64,000 bases of DNA. It comes from an uncultured Pirellulaceae bacterium. Lineage in GTDB: Bacteria > Planctomycetota > Planctomycetia > Pirellulales > Pirellulaceae. The DNA lies in the NCBI GenBank assembly GCA_964582025.1, contig CAZORS010000001.1:14398-78397 (forward strand). Direction: 5' to 3'. The notes below the pieces were generated by a model. It searched no databases. It saw only the letters and a program-made list of their open reading frames with translations, and was not told where the DNA came from. This document shows positions 48,237 through 58,841 of this stretch, in pieces (the stretch's first letter is position 1; the number at the start of each line of letters is the position of its first letter). Made by a program: the position numbers and the translations under genes.

Positions 48237-49016
48237 ATGCTAAAAGCGTTCTACTCAAGTGCGACCGGTATGCGAGCGCAAGAGTTGTTGATCGATAACA
48301 CGGCCAACAATCTTGCCAACGTGAATACAACCGGCTTTAAAAAGAAGCACATCAACTTCGCAGATTTAATCTACGACACAGACGCCGCGCCGGGTGCTGC
48401 GGGAGCTGCTGGTCTAGTTAAACCGATCGGACTGCAAATTGGCAGTGGTGTTAGAGCTGTCGGCACGACCAGCGTGTTCTCTCAGGGAACGCCGACCGAA
48501 ACGGGCATCGCGACGCACATGTCAATCGAAGGTGAAGGATTCTTTTCGGTCACACGGGGCGACACGATTGCCTATACCAGAGACGGATCGTTCACCACCG
48601 ACGCTCAAGGCCAACTGGTGACGGGCGATGGATACTTGATTGATCCTGCGATCACGATTCCAGCTGAGGCAACCAATCTCAGTATCTCGGTTGATGGAGT
48701 CGTGTCGTATCAGCTAGATGGCGTGTCCACGACGGGGCAGTCAATTCAGCTTGTCCGGTTTGCAAACCCTGCAGGGTTGCAAAACCTTGGCGGGAATCTT
48801 TTCTCTGAAACGGAAGCATCAGGCACCCCGACGTTGGGCCAGCCGGGCCTCGATGGGCTGGGAGGCATCCGAAATAATTTCTTAGAAGGTGCCAACGTCG
48901 AAGTCGTTTCGGAACTGGTGTCGCTGATCACCGCGCAGCGAGCGTACGAGATTAATTCTCGAGCCATTCGAGCTGGCGATGAGATGTTATCAACCGCAAG
49001 CGACTTGGTGAGATAA
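48237..49016 (+). CDS. flgG: Flagellar distal rod protein FlgG
   Basis: ANNLANVNTTGFKK, YTRDGSF, LEGANVEVVSELV.LITAQRAYEINSR. Confidence 0.95.
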   Translation: MLKAFYSSATGMRAQELLIDNTANNLANVNTTGFKKKHINFADLIYDTDAAPGAAGAAGLVKPIGLQIGSGVRAVGTTSVFSQGTPTETGIATHMSIEGEGFFSVTRGDTIAYTRDGSFTTDAQGQLVTGDGYLIDPAITIPAEATNLSISVDGVVSYQLDGVSTTGQSIQLVRFANPAGLQNLGGNLFSETEASGTPTLGQPGLDGLGGIRNNFLEGANVEVVSELVSLITAQRAYEINSRAIRAGDEMLSTASDLVR

Positions 49017-49018
49017 GC

Positions 49019-50017
49019 ATGAACTATGTATTACCTGCCTCCATTGTGATGGCGATTTTCAATTTGCTCACTTGTTGTCATTCGCTTCAGGCTACCGATG
49101 CGATTCAAGTTGAGTTGCGTGCCGCAGAAGTCACCGTTGCGGAATCGGAATTGACGATTGGGGATGTTTGTCAAATTCGTGGAGGTACTGCTCAGGCTCG
49201 AACTCAGATCGCATCATTAGATTTAGATGAATTGCTGCCCGGAAAACCAACAACTGTCTCGAAGCAACAAGTTGCAGTTCGAATTGCGTTGGCGGGTATT
49301 TCGCGAAAGTCCTTCGAGTTGTCCGGTCCAAATTCAATCGATATCCGCTTGATTGAAAACGAGCAGCTTCAACAAAGGATCGAATCAAAGATTGCAGCAG
49401 AACTTAGTTTGCAATTTGGAATACCTCAATCAGATGTGCGGGTTCGACTGCTTGATACTGCAGCGTTGAAGCGTCTGCGAAAATCCGTCGACACGACAAG
49501 CTTCAAGACGATGGCCTATTTCCCGACGCAACTGCCGCTGGGAGATCGACACATCCAGTTGGAGTTTTCCGATTCAAGCGGAAACCAGATGACTGAGAAA
49601 ATGCACGTTCAGATTGTTGTGTTACATGATGTATTGGTCACGTCGGGCGTCGTGTCCAAGGGCACCGTCATCACAGCGGAACACGTGCAACAGATCAAAC
49701 GTCCGTTGCTGAACAGCAAAGTCGATCCAGCCACCATTGATTGCTTGGGTTGTACGGTCAGTCGTGATATTGCTCCACATGAAATCGTGACGTTGCGACA
49801 CATCAGCCGGAAACCAACTAGGAAACAAATCGTCGTCAAGCGAAATGACCTTGTTGACATCCTGTTGGTTCAAGGGCCACTCAGGTTACGGTTAAAGAAT
49901 GCAAAAGTAATGACCAACGGCGGCAAGGGCGACGTGGTGAGAGTGCTCAACACGAATAGCAACAAAGAGATTAACGCGGTGGTTCAAGATCGAACAACCG
50001 TTTTGGTGAAGAACTAG
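49019..50017 (+). CDS. flgA: P-ring chaperone FlgA
   Basis: Signal peptide, SAF-like region, GDVVRVLNTNS; synteny. Confidence 0.85.
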   Translation: MNYVLPASIVMAIFNLLTCCHSLQATDAIQVELRAAEVTVAESELTIGDVCQIRGGTAQARTQIASLDLDELLPGKPTTVSKQQVAVRIALAGISRKSFELSGPNSIDIRLIENEQLQQRIESKIAAELSLQFGIPQSDVRVRLLDTAALKRLRKSVDTTSFKTMAYFPTQLPLGDRHIQLEFSDSSGNQMTEKMHVQIVVLHDVLVTSGVVSKGTVITAEHVQQIKRPLLNSKVDPATIDCLGCTVSRDIAPHEIVTLRHISRKPTRKQIVVKRNDLVDILLVQGPLRLRLKNAKVMTNGGKGDVVRVLNTNSNKEINAVVQDRTTVLVKN

Positions 50018-50021
50018 AGAA

Positions 50022-50672
50022 ATGTCGAACATGAAACAATCGAAATACATCAACCTTTTGCTGATGTGCGGATCAATGCTATGTGCTTGGACGGTCAGTT
50101 CAGATGTCGGACAAGCGCAAAGCTTGTTTGAACGAAGATCACCGAATCAGATTGATCAATATCGAAACTATGCCGCGCGGCAACGAGGCGATTTGCTTTC
50201 AGTCGTCATCAGTGAAAGTACCGACGTCGAAAATCGAGACGAACGATCGTTGGACAAATCGGGCGCCTCAAACGTCACCGGCGGACTGAGCTATGCAATC
50301 GGTGGCGGACTTGGTGGAGCGATTGGCGATGGTGCGCTGAACCAAACGAGCTCAAGTAGCCGAGGCTTTACCGGTGATACGGAGTTTCGCAGTGAACGAC
50401 AATTCCTTGACCGGTTTACGGTGACCGTTATCGACGTTCAACCAAACGGCAACCTAATCATTTCTGGAAAGCGAAACATTTCGGTTCAGGGTGACTCGCG
50501 GACATTGCAGTTGACTGGCGTTGTTCGTCAAGTCGACTTGCTTCCTGATAACTCGATTCCTTCGAGATTAGTCGCCAGTCTTGACATTCGACTGACTGGA
50601 AAAGGGCCAGAACAGAAGTTTAACAAGCAGGGCTCTTTCAGCAAAAGGATCAATCGGCTTTGGCCTTTTTGA
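50022..50672 (+). CDS. flgH: L-ring protein FlgH
   Basis: GDLLSVVISE, VIDVQPNGNLIISG, LTGVVR..D. Confidence 0.9.
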   Translation: MSNMKQSKYINLLLMCGSMLCAWTVSSDVGQAQSLFERRSPNQIDQYRNYAARQRGDLLSVVISESTDVENRDERSLDKSGASNVTGGLSYAIGGGLGGAIGDGALNQTSSSSRGFTGDTEFRSERQFLDRFTVTVIDVQPNGNLIISGKRNISVQGDSRTLQLTGVVRQVDLLPDNSIPSRLVASLDIRLTGKGPEQKFNKQGSFSKRINRLWPF

Positions 50673-50703
50673 TTTAGGTAGAAACAGAACTGAACTCAAC
50701 AGT

Positions 50704-51867
50704 TTGCGAATCGTGAAAAAGTCTTACAACCTATTGATATTAATTTCTATCTGCATTTGCAGTCCTGCATGGGCGTGCGCGCAAGTGCAGCAAGTTGCTG
50801 CGCCAGTTCCCAATGTAAGGACGGCGGTTGCAAGATCGGCTCTCGATCCTTCGGTGCGAATCAAAGACATCACTTTCGTTGACGGCGATCGCAACAATCA
50901 TGTCTCCGGTGACGGCCTGGTGTTTGGCTTGAGTGGTACTGGTGGCCAGTCCGAACAAACGCGTTCGATGGCCAGCAGCTATTTTTTGCGCAAAGGCATT
51001 CGCGTCAATCAAGCGGAAACGACGAACATTTCAGCAGTGCTCGTTTCGGGTAAGATTCCACCTTACGCTCGCAAAGGCGAAACGATCCTCGTCAACGTTT
51101 CTGTGGCAGACGACGCGGCTAGTTTGCGTGGCGGCACGTTGCACCAAGCTGTTCTGCGGGGAATTGATGACGAGATTTATGCGATCGCCCAAGGTCCAAT
51201 TGTTGGTGGAGGAGTTTCCGCCGGCGGGGCAGGGGCCTCTGTCACAAAGAATCATCCTACCGTTGGCGTTTGTGAAGCGATTGTTGAACGCGAGATATGC
51301 TCTGAGCAATTGTTAAACAACGGACGCCTGCGATTGGTCTTGCGAAACAAAGAATACTCAACGGTGACTCAGATCACTAACGCCCTCAATTTAGTTTTCC
51401 CGAATTCAACAACTGCCTTGGATTCTGGAACGGTGGAAATCATCGTGCCACGGAGTTTTCAACGAACGCTGCCAGCCTTCATTTCTATGGTTGGCGATCT
51501 TCGTATTCAGCCCGACCAACGAGCACGTGTGGTTATCAATCAAAAGACCGGCACGATCGTGATGGGGAAGCACGTGAAAATCTCTCGCATCCTTCTGGCG
51601 AGCGAGAACATCATCATTTCGACTGCCGAAAACCCCATCGCATCGCAGCCTGCACCTTTCAGCAATGGTGAAACGGTTGTTCTACCGCGGACCTCCGTCA
51701 ACGTATTTGAATCTGGAGGCACGTACAACGTTTGGCAAGAAGGACTAACGGTCGGAGACTTGGCTCATGCGCTCAATACGCTGGCCGTTTCACCAATCTC
51801 GATGATCAACATATTTACGACGCTTCGAAATCAAGGCGCATTGCAAGCAGAACTTGTTATTGAATAG
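50704..51867 (+). CDS. flgI: P-ring protein FlgI
   Basis: RIKDI, GLVFGLSGTG, ARVVINQKTGTIV, GALQAELVI; start uncertain. Confidence 0.93.
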   Translation: MRIVKKSYNLLILISICICSPAWACAQVQQVAAPVPNVRTAVARSALDPSVRIKDITFVDGDRNNHVSGDGLVFGLSGTGGQSEQTRSMASSYFLRKGIRVNQAETTNISAVLVSGKIPPYARKGETILVNVSVADDAASLRGGTLHQAVLRGIDDEIYAIAQGPIVGGGVSAGGAGASVTKNHPTVGVCEAIVEREICSEQLLNNGRLRLVLRNKEYSTVTQITNALNLVFPNSTTALDSGTVEIIVPRSFQRTLPAFISMVGDLRIQPDQRARVVINQKTGTIVMGKHVKISRILLASENIIISTAENPIASQPAPFSNGETVVLPRTSVNVFESGGTYNVWQEGLTVGDLAHALNTLAVSPISMINIFTTLRNQGALQAELVIE

Positions 51868-51876
51868 GACTTTCGT

Positions 51877-52320
51877 ATGACTGAAATTGGAAACTCGCCA
51901 AACCTAATTGGTGGCGGCATTGAGAACTACGCATCGTCGTTGAAGTCTGCATCGGGTGATGCCAACGATATGAAGTCACGTCTCGAATCGATTGGGAAAG
52001 AATTCGAAGGAGTCTTCCTATCGCTGATGCTCAAAGAGATGCGGAATACGCTCGACGAAGGTGGCTTTTTCGGCGAAGAAACAAGTGACACTTACGGCGG
52101 AATGTTTGACATGTTCGTCGGTCAAGACTTGGCTGAATCGAGTCCACTGGGGATTTCTGAGATGCTGACAAGTGGTTTTTCGAATTTTCAAGCAAGTGCA
52201 ACTAGCTCAATTCAGAATGCGGCCAAACTAGCCAATGTTGCAGCGGCTTACAGCGATAACACAACGGGTAGCGCATCGGATGATGTAGCCGACGCTGCTC
52301 CCATTTCACTTACCCTTTGA
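51877..52320 (+). CDS. flgJ: Short FlgJ (rod-binding domain only)
   Basis: EFEGVFLSLMLKEMR...MFD...LA...LGISEM. Confidence 0.8.
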   Translation: MTEIGNSPNLIGGGIENYASSLKSASGDANDMKSRLESIGKEFEGVFLSLMLKEMRNTLDEGGFFGEETSDTYGGMFDMFVGQDLAESSPLGISEMLTSGFSNFQASATSSIQNAAKLANVAAAYSDNTTGSASDDVADAAPISLTL

Positions 52321-52341
52321 TCGAACATCAGGAGTGCCACA

Positions 52342-52887
52342 ATGGAAAATACCAAAGCCGTCGACGGTTTGGCGTTGACGAAGTTGATCGTGCTCGTTGA
52401 GCGTCATCTGCAATTCGAATTGCGATTGCTTGAGCAACTTGATGAGCTCAACCAAATGTTGAAAGTGACCCTTGAAGCGGCGGGCTCTCGAGGCTTGACC
52501 GCTGAACAGACGACGCAGCTCAACCTTACCGCTGACAATCTTTCGAAGCAGTCAGACGACCTTCGCGGCAAGCGTCAAGCAACGTTGGCGGCAATCAATG
52601 CAAACCGAAATGCCAGTCAGCCACGACAGTCGATTCGCCAGTTTATTCAGACGTTGGATAAAGCAAGTGGATCACGTCTTGAAACGTTGCGTGGTTCCAT
52701 TTTGGATCGATTGGTAGAGGTTCATGCAACGCTGCTTGGTAACCAAGCGGTGATGTTTTATTCGTACGATTTCTATCGCAAGATGGTCGCTGGTTTGCTC
52801 AAAAGCGACTCGGACGAAACTCAGTATTCACTCACCGGGCAATCCGCGGGTGTGAAACCCGGCAATCTTTTTCGGAAGGCGGTTTGA
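52342..52887 (+). CDS. flgN: FlgN-like export chaperone
   Basis: Helical protein between flgJ and flgK; assigned by synteny. Confidence 0.55.
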   Translation: MENTKAVDGLALTKLIVLVERHLQFELRLLEQLDELNQMLKVTLEAAGSRGLTAEQTTQLNLTADNLSKQSDDLRGKRQATLAAINANRNASQPRQSIRQFIQTLDKASGSRLETLRGSILDRLVEVHATLLGNQAVMFYSYDFYRKMVAGLLKSDSDETQYSLTGQSAGVKPGNLFRKAV

Positions 52888-52888
52888 G

Positions 52889-54850
52889 ATGACTAACTTT
52901 GCAATCGGCCTGTCTGGGCTACGTTCTAGCCAGTACGCGATGGAGGTGATTTCTAACAACATCGCCAACGCGGACAGCGAAGGATATCATCGCCGCTCCG
53001 TTCACCTTGAAGAAACGCTGCCGGGACAATTCGGCGGATTCCAATTTGGAACGGGCGTATCGATCAATTACATCGAACGAGTTCGTGATTCGGTCACTGA
53101 GTCATCATTGACTTTTGCGATTTCAGATGTCAGCCGCGTTGACCAAACTCTGGATGTCGAAACGCAACTCGAATCGCTGTTTCACGCTGGCGAAGGCTCA
53201 ATGATTGAGCGAGTGGATGCTTTCTTTGCCGAGCTGACGAAACTGACATCGACTCCCGGCGAACCGACTCAGCGTAACGCGGTTTTGGAACAGGCTGATC
53301 AGTTGTCACAACTGTTTCACCAAATTTCAGGGCAAATGACAAACCTTCGATCCTCGATTCGATATCAAGTCGAACAAGAGATCGACACGCTCAATGGGAA
53401 AATGCAAACGCTGACGGACTTGAACGTTCAAATCAGTTCGCAAACGGTTACTGCGAACCATGAGCTTGACCAGCTTGATCAGTTGATCAACGAGATTGCG
53501 ACGATCGTCGACGTTGCCCGCAATGAGCGCGTCTCCACTGGAGCCACATTGGCGTTTGGAGGTTCGGTGATTCAGCAGGGCTTCAATCCGAGTCTCTTTC
53601 ATTCGTTCACGACAGAAGAAGGTGATTTGGCGGTTGCGGTCGGCGATTCGGAAAAAGCATTGGATTTTGAAGGCGGTCGTATGCCGGCATTGCTCGATGC
53701 CTACAACAATATTATTCCCGAGTTCGAAGCGAAATTGAACGAGCTTGCGAGTGGTCTGATTCAACAGATGGACCAGATTCACGCGGTTGGCGTGGGACCA
53801 AGCGGATCGTTTAATTTGCTTGAAGGAAATCGCCCTGTCGAAGATCCTACGGTTCCGCTGGCTGAAGCAGGAGCAGCGTTTCCGATCGAAGCTGGCGATC
53901 TCTACATCTCAATTATTGATGCCGACGGGAATCGTCGCACAGAAACTGTTTCGATCGATCCCGAAACGGACTCTCTCGAAGATATCGCAGCAACGATATC
54001 TGGCTTTTCCAACATCAATGCTTCAGTCAACGCCCAGACGAACGGTTTGCAAATCGTGACAACACCCGGTTATCAGTTCGACTTCACCGGTAACTTGGAA
54101 ACGACTCCAAACCTCGACACCTATGCGGGATCATCAGTTCCGACGTTCTCCGGTTCGTATACAGGCGACGTTAGCCAGTCATTGTCATATCAAATCTCTG
54201 GAACTGGAGAGGTGGGTGTTTCTTCTGACCTATTGGTCAATGTGTTCAACGAAGACGGAGCTCAAATCGCGAGGTTAGACATCGGGGAAGACTACGAAGC
54301 TGGAACGGACCTCGAAATTTTTGATGGCGTCAGCATTTCGTTCCCGCCTGGCAGCGTTGTCGATGGCGACAGTTTCGAATCGGAACTCGTCGACAATCCT
54401 GATGAAACAGGGATCCTCTCAGCGTTGGGAATGAACAGCTTTTTCGAAGGCGAGGACGCTTCCACGATCGCAGTCAACGCGAAGATCCTCGCTGACAAAG
54501 GCACGTTTGCGTCGGGAGTCTCATCGGATTTGGCCGACACAACAAATTTGCTTCTGATGATTGACTTGCAACAAACCCGCGGCATGGCGAACAATTCGCT
54601 TTCGTTCGGAGAGTACCTCAACGAAGTCACGACGACGATTGGAATTCGCGTCAGCAACAACACTCAACTTAGTTCTAGCCTCAATGGCCTTCAGACTAAG
54701 TACGAACAGGAACGAGACTCCGTTTCGGGCGTCGATCTGAATGAAGAGCTGGTTTATATGCAGCAATTTCAAAAGCAACATGAAGCTTCGATTCGGGTGA
54801 TTCAAACTGCTGAAGCAATGTTCGATCAACTGTTTCAGATTTTGCAGTAG
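52889..54850 (+). CDS. flgK: Hook-associated protein FlgK
   Basis: GLSGL..SNNIANA..EGYHRR, SVSGVDLNEEL. Confidence 0.93.
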   Translation: MTNFAIGLSGLRSSQYAMEVISNNIANADSEGYHRRSVHLEETLPGQFGGFQFGTGVSINYIERVRDSVTESSLTFAISDVSRVDQTLDVETQLESLFHAGEGSMIERVDAFFAELTKLTSTPGEPTQRNAVLEQADQLSQLFHQISGQMTNLRSSIRYQVEQEIDTLNGKMQTLTDLNVQISSQTVTANHELDQLDQLINEIATIVDVARNERVSTGATLAFGGSVIQQGFNPSLFHSFTTEEGDLAVAVGDSEKALDFEGGRMPALLDAYNNIIPEFEAKLNELASGLIQQMDQIHAVGVGPSGSFNLLEGNRPVEDPTVPLAEAGAAFPIEAGDLYISIIDADGNRRTETVSIDPETDSLEDIAATISGFSNINASVNAQTNGLQIVTTPGYQFDFTGNLETTPNLDTYAGSSVPTFSGSYTGDVSQSLSYQISGTGEVGVSSDLLVNVFNEDGAQIARLDIGEDYEAGTDLEIFDGVSISFPPGSVVDGDSFESELVDNPDETGILSALGMNSFFEGEDASTIAVNAKILADKGTFASGVSSDLADTTNLLLMIDLQQTRGMANNSLSFGEYLNEVTTTIGIRVSNNTQLSSSLNGLQTKYEQERDSVSGVDLNEELVYMQQFQKQHEASIRVIQTAEAMFDQLFQILQ

Positions 54851-54922
54851 TTTCTATTTGCTTGAAGCAACTGTACGCAGCTGCTTCCGTTTCGCAAGCT
54901 GTATTTCTCCAAGAGTCGCAAT

Positions 54923-56380
54923 ATGCACTATCGAGTAACTTCATCCGCTATCGGATCGCGTGCCATCCAATTTCAGGCGCAGCACAACGCTGCCATTTTG
55001 AAATATTCAGAACAGATCTCTTCCGGCGTGAAGCTTCAGAGACCGTCTGACGATCCAATCGCGTTCCGCCAAGCGACCAGTCTTGCGTCGCGTCTAACCG
55101 AATTGACGGCCGACATGCAATCTCTCAGCAATGCGAAAGCGGTGCTCAGTACTAGCGTCGTGCAAATGCAAGAGTTCGGCGAAATAATGACTCGGGCGAG
55201 GTCAATTGCACAGCAGGGAATTCAAGCCCTCGACGACGGAGAACGAGAAGCATTGGCGCTTGAAGCGGATGGCTTGTTGACACAACTTAAGGACATGACG
55301 AAAGCGACCTTCGACAGTGCGTTCATATTTGGCGGCACCAAATCGGATCGAACTCCGTTTGAGTTTGCCGAACCGGTTTCCGCAGGCCGATCCCTGTCAG
55401 TGACCTACAACGGCGCCAGCGAAAACAGCCAAGCTTATGTTGGAGAGGCCGTCACGGTTGACACGTATTACGCCGGCACAGCAATTTTCTCGATCAACAA
55501 CCGTAGCGACACCATTGTGTTTGGCAACACAGGTATCAAGTCTGGGCCAGGGACCGACACGTTGCGCGCTAAGACGGATCTACAAATTACACATGACACG
55601 ACAGAGTACTTAGGGGCGTCAGGATTGCTTCCGGGAACGGACTCTGAATCGCTTGATTCGATCATCGGCGATGTAGGCACGCACTCGGTTACAATCGTCG
55701 ATACGTCTGGCGATGGATCAGCGGGCACGATCTCACTCAACGGAGGTCCGGAGGTTGCATTTGCTAATACCGACACCAACCTATTGGTCACCAGCGAGAC
55801 GGGAGAAAAGGTCTACATCGATGCGTCCGCAATCACGGCGGGCTTTAATGGATCGGTTGATATTCGTGCGACAGGCAGCTTAAGTGTCGACGGTGGAGTC
55901 AGTAAAACAGCGATCGACTTTTCGACGGCTCAATCCGTTTCGGACGCAGCTACCGGAAGGTTTGCAGTTCTTGACACGACCGATGTAATGGGCGTCGGAA
56001 CGAATCAGCTAGAGTTTCCAGGGACTTCCGATGCGTTTCAGATGCTGTATGAAATTGCTTCAGATCTTCGAAACGAACGTGGGCTTAGTGGCGCCGACGT
56101 TTCCAGTTCACTAGATCGCCGCGTCGGAGAACTAAGCGCGATGAGCGACCACGCGTTTTCGGTTCTGGGAGAACAATCAACATCGTTGGCGACGTTGGAA
56201 AGATTGAACTTTCGCCTTGAAGATTTAGAACTCTCAGTCACTACACAGCTTAGTGATGTTCAATCAACCGACATCGCGGAGTCGGTGTTACAACTGCAGA
56301 ATTCACAATCTCTACTGCAGTACACTTACGCGGTGACGGCCCAGATCTCGCAGTTGGGATTGCTCGATTTCTTGCGGTAA
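54923..56380 (+). CDS. flgL: Hook-associated protein FlgL
   Basis: QISSGVKLQRPSDDP, FIFGG, LLDFLR C-terminus. Confidence 0.9.
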   Translation: MHYRVTSSAIGSRAIQFQAQHNAAILKYSEQISSGVKLQRPSDDPIAFRQATSLASRLTELTADMQSLSNAKAVLSTSVVQMQEFGEIMTRARSIAQQGIQALDDGEREALALEADGLLTQLKDMTKATFDSAFIFGGTKSDRTPFEFAEPVSAGRSLSVTYNGASENSQAYVGEAVTVDTYYAGTAIFSINNRSDTIVFGNTGIKSGPGTDTLRAKTDLQITHDTTEYLGASGLLPGTDSESLDSIIGDVGTHSVTIVDTSGDGSAGTISLNGGPEVAFANTDTNLLVTSETGEKVYIDASAITAGFNGSVDIRATGSLSVDGGVSKTAIDFSTAQSVSDAATGRFAVLDTTDVMGVGTNQLEFPGTSDAFQMLYEIASDLRNERGLSGADVSSSLDRRVGELSAMSDHAFSVLGEQSTSLATLERLNFRLEDLELSVTTQLSDVQSTDIAESVLQLQNSQSLLQYTYAVTAQISQLGLLDFLR

Positions 56381-56406
56381 CGTTTCTTGCGTTCAGAAAC
56401 GGTCGA

Positions 56407-57144
56407 TCAATCCGTCTCAGACATCACAAAAGAGATCACGGGTCGCTTGGCGTCGCTGAACAGCCACGGCTTGACGGTGTATCGGATCTTCGATTTCATC
56501 GCTGGCTTGATCCAGAAAAGTGATTCCATTTCCGTTCTGACTTCGAGGCTCTTCGAGAGTTTCCTTTTTACTTCGCTCTTACTTGGCATCGAGGCCCAAA
56601 TGATGATTTCTAATTGCGAGCCGTCTCTGCGAAGCTTGGGAATCAAGTCGGCTGCAATTTGAGTCGCGTGCTCGCTCATTTTTCCAGTTTTCCTTTCAAA
56701 CGGCTGAAAGGAGTCAGTGACAACTTGATTGATGACTGGCTGCTTCGTGTCCAACCCAAAGGACTCTTCAATGGTTTGAAGAAACTTTTGAAATTCTTCC
56801 TTCTCGCGATTGATGACGCGTTCTTTCTCTTCAGAATCATCTGGGCCGACTGTGCCATCTGGTTCATTCTTGCTTAGATTCTTAGCGAGACCATAGATGG
56901 GGGCTTGATGCGTTTGCTGGATCATGTCTGCCGAGCGATTGCCTGGCTTTCCGCCGGGTGTGCCTGATTTAGAAAACGCATTAACAAATGAACCGGTGCC
57001 GGCATGCATGTTGGCTCCCGTTTGTTCCGTCGCTAACGAATTTAGCACGATGAAAAAGGCAAGCAATGCTGTCATCGTGTCGCCGAACGAAACGAGATAC
57101 GCTTTGCTTGGTCCAGCATCGATTGGTTTTTGTTTTCTAGCCAT
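56407..57144 (-). CDS. Second MotB-like stator subunit
   Basis: AYLVSFGDTMTALLAFFIVL TM with conserved Asp; divergent C-terminal domain. Confidence 0.75.
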   Translation of the reverse strand: MARKQKPIDAGPSKAYLVSFGDTMTALLAFFIVLNSLATEQTGANMHAGTGSFVNAFSKSGTPGGKPGNRSADMIQQTHQAPIYGLAKNLSKNEPDGTVGPDDSEEKERVINREKEEFQKFLQTIEESFGLDTKQPVINQVVTDSFQPFERKTGKMSEHATQIAADLIPKLRRDGSQLEIIIWASMPSKSEVKRKLSKSLEVRTEMESLFWIKPAMKSKIRYTVKPWLFSDAKRPVISFVMSETD

Positions 57145-57146
57145 TG

Positions 57147-57791
57147 TTATCGCTCGAACCTTTCAATATCAAACGAAACAAAATCAGTTTCCAGACTTTC
57201 AGTCCATCCAATGCCGACCTGACCAGGGCGAACACCTTGCACGTCATAAAGGTGCAACAGAAATCCAGCCGCGCGTTCGCTGTCGTTCTGACTTGAGAAT
57301 TGCATCGTGCAGTGGACAGGCAGTGAACGAAGTTGTTGTGCCAACAAAGAAGCCAGTGCGATTCCGCGAGGTTTCATACTTCCATTTTCGTTTATCAATT
57401 TCCTGAAATCCAACTTGAAAGAGTTGGTCGTCATCACGTCCTTTTCGGCTTCTTCATCCGTGACCGTCTCAAGTCCTCGCCCGTTCGGTTTACCTGATTG
57501 CGTCATCGGAGGAATCTCGGCTCCGTTTAGCGCGATTCTCGCTGCTCGAGGGCGAACTCTCTCCGACCAAGATTTGTTGTCCATTCGATCATGAACGTGT
57601 CCAACAATTCCTGTTGCGCCAGAACTTCCGAAAGCGCTCGTTTGAACTTTGTCGAATCTTTCCGGCTCAGTCGTCGAGAAAGTCAAAAGCAAAATGAAGA
57701 ACGTCATCAGTAATGTGATCACGTCGCTGTAAGTCATGAACCACGCAGGGATATCTTCCGCAGGTGGTTCAGGAGGCTTTTCCTTAGCCAT
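57147..57791 (-). CDS. motB: MotB/PomB-like stator subunit
   Basis: PAWFMTYSDVITLLMTFFILL. Confidence 0.82.
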   Translation of the reverse strand: MAKEKPPEPPAEDIPAWFMTYSDVITLLMTFFILLLTFSTTEPERFDKVQTSAFGSSGATGIVGHVHDRMDNKSWSERVRPRAARIALNGAEIPPMTQSGKPNGRGLETVTDEEAEKDVMTTNSFKLDFRKLINENGSMKPRGIALASLLAQQLRSLPVHCTMQFSSQNDSERAAGFLLHLYDVQGVRPGQVGIGWTESLETDFVSFDIERFER

Positions 57792-58567
57792 TATCCCGCC
57801 TCACCGCCAGCACCAGCTCGATTTTTAGGTGCGAGGAAAGTCGACAATTGCTCTTGGATCGCACGAGGCGTAGCACCAGCGCCGATCGCGGCAATGCCAG
57901 CGATGATTAGCTCTCGAACCGCAGTCTCTTCCTTGGCTCGTGCCTCAAGCTTACCTGCCAGCGGAATGCAAACCACGTTGGCAACAATGGCCCCGTAAAG
58001 TGTGGTCAACAATGCGACCGCCATACCGCCACCGATTTTGCTTGGATCATCAAGCGACTGAAGCATTTGAACCAAGCCAATCAACGTTCCGATCATTCCG
58101 AAAGCTGGAGCTGCGGCACCTGTGGCATCGACAAATTTCTTGCCCATCGCATGACGATCATCTATGCATGATAGCTCAGTCTCCAACGATTCTCTGAGCT
58201 CATCAACGGCAGTTCCGCCGATTAATGATTCGATGCCCCGTTTCATGAAGTCGTCTTCGATGTCATCAGACTTTTGCTCCAAAGCCAGCAGACCTTCTTT
58301 TCGAGCCAACTGAGCCAACTCTTTGAATTCGCCGATCAATGTTTTCGGGTCTGGAATCTTAAGCAGGAAACACTTCATGATCACGCCGAACGCACCCAGT
58401 ACGTTTTTCAATGGAAAGTTAATCAATGAAGCGGCGATTGAACCACCAAAAACAATCATCATCGAGGGAACATCAATGAATGGTGTCAGCCCTCCTCCAC
58501 CCATCGCAATCGATGCGAGAATGAGGCCGAATCCCATAATAAGGCCGATGATTGTTGCGATGTCCAT
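57791..58567 (-). CDS. motA: MotA/PomA stator subunit
   Basis: MDIATIIG, ARKEGLLALE, APAFGMIGTLIGLV, AVALLTTLYGA. Confidence 0.93.
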   Translation of the reverse strand: MDIATIIGLIMGFGLILASIAMGGGGLTPFIDVPSMMIVFGGSIAASLINFPLKNVLGAFGVIMKCFLLKIPDPKTLIGEFKELAQLARKEGLLALEQKSDDIEDDFMKRGIESLIGGTAVDELRESLETELSCIDDRHAMGKKFVDATGAAAPAFGMIGTLIGLVQMLQSLDDPSKIGGGMAVALLTTLYGAIVANVVCIPLAGKLEARAKEETAVRELIIAGIAAIGAGATPRAIQEQLSTFLAPKNRAGAGGEAG

Positions 58568-58841
58568 TTGTGTCTATTGGTTTGAGTTTGAAGTCGAAAC
58601 GTTGAAATCAACGGCTTGAAATTTCTCCTTCAACGAAGCGCTAAAGAACAACTGAAGCATCCAAAAGTAGGTTTCAAATCGGCAACTCGATCTGGTTTTC
58701 TCTTCGTGACTTAGTCAAACAGCCTTGGAAAGGGGAAACCCGCTCCCTGATTTCTCGGGCAATTTCGATATACCAGTCGCAAACGGTTCGTTCTGGTAAA
58801 CCGTACTCAAGAGGCCCGATGGCACTTCCGATAAAACTGGC

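Noticed and set aside
58797-58834. Sigma28 promoter upstream of flgB (tccgataa)
   Set aside because: -35 spacing is off (14 or 16 rather than 15) and it is very close to the start codon; not enough support
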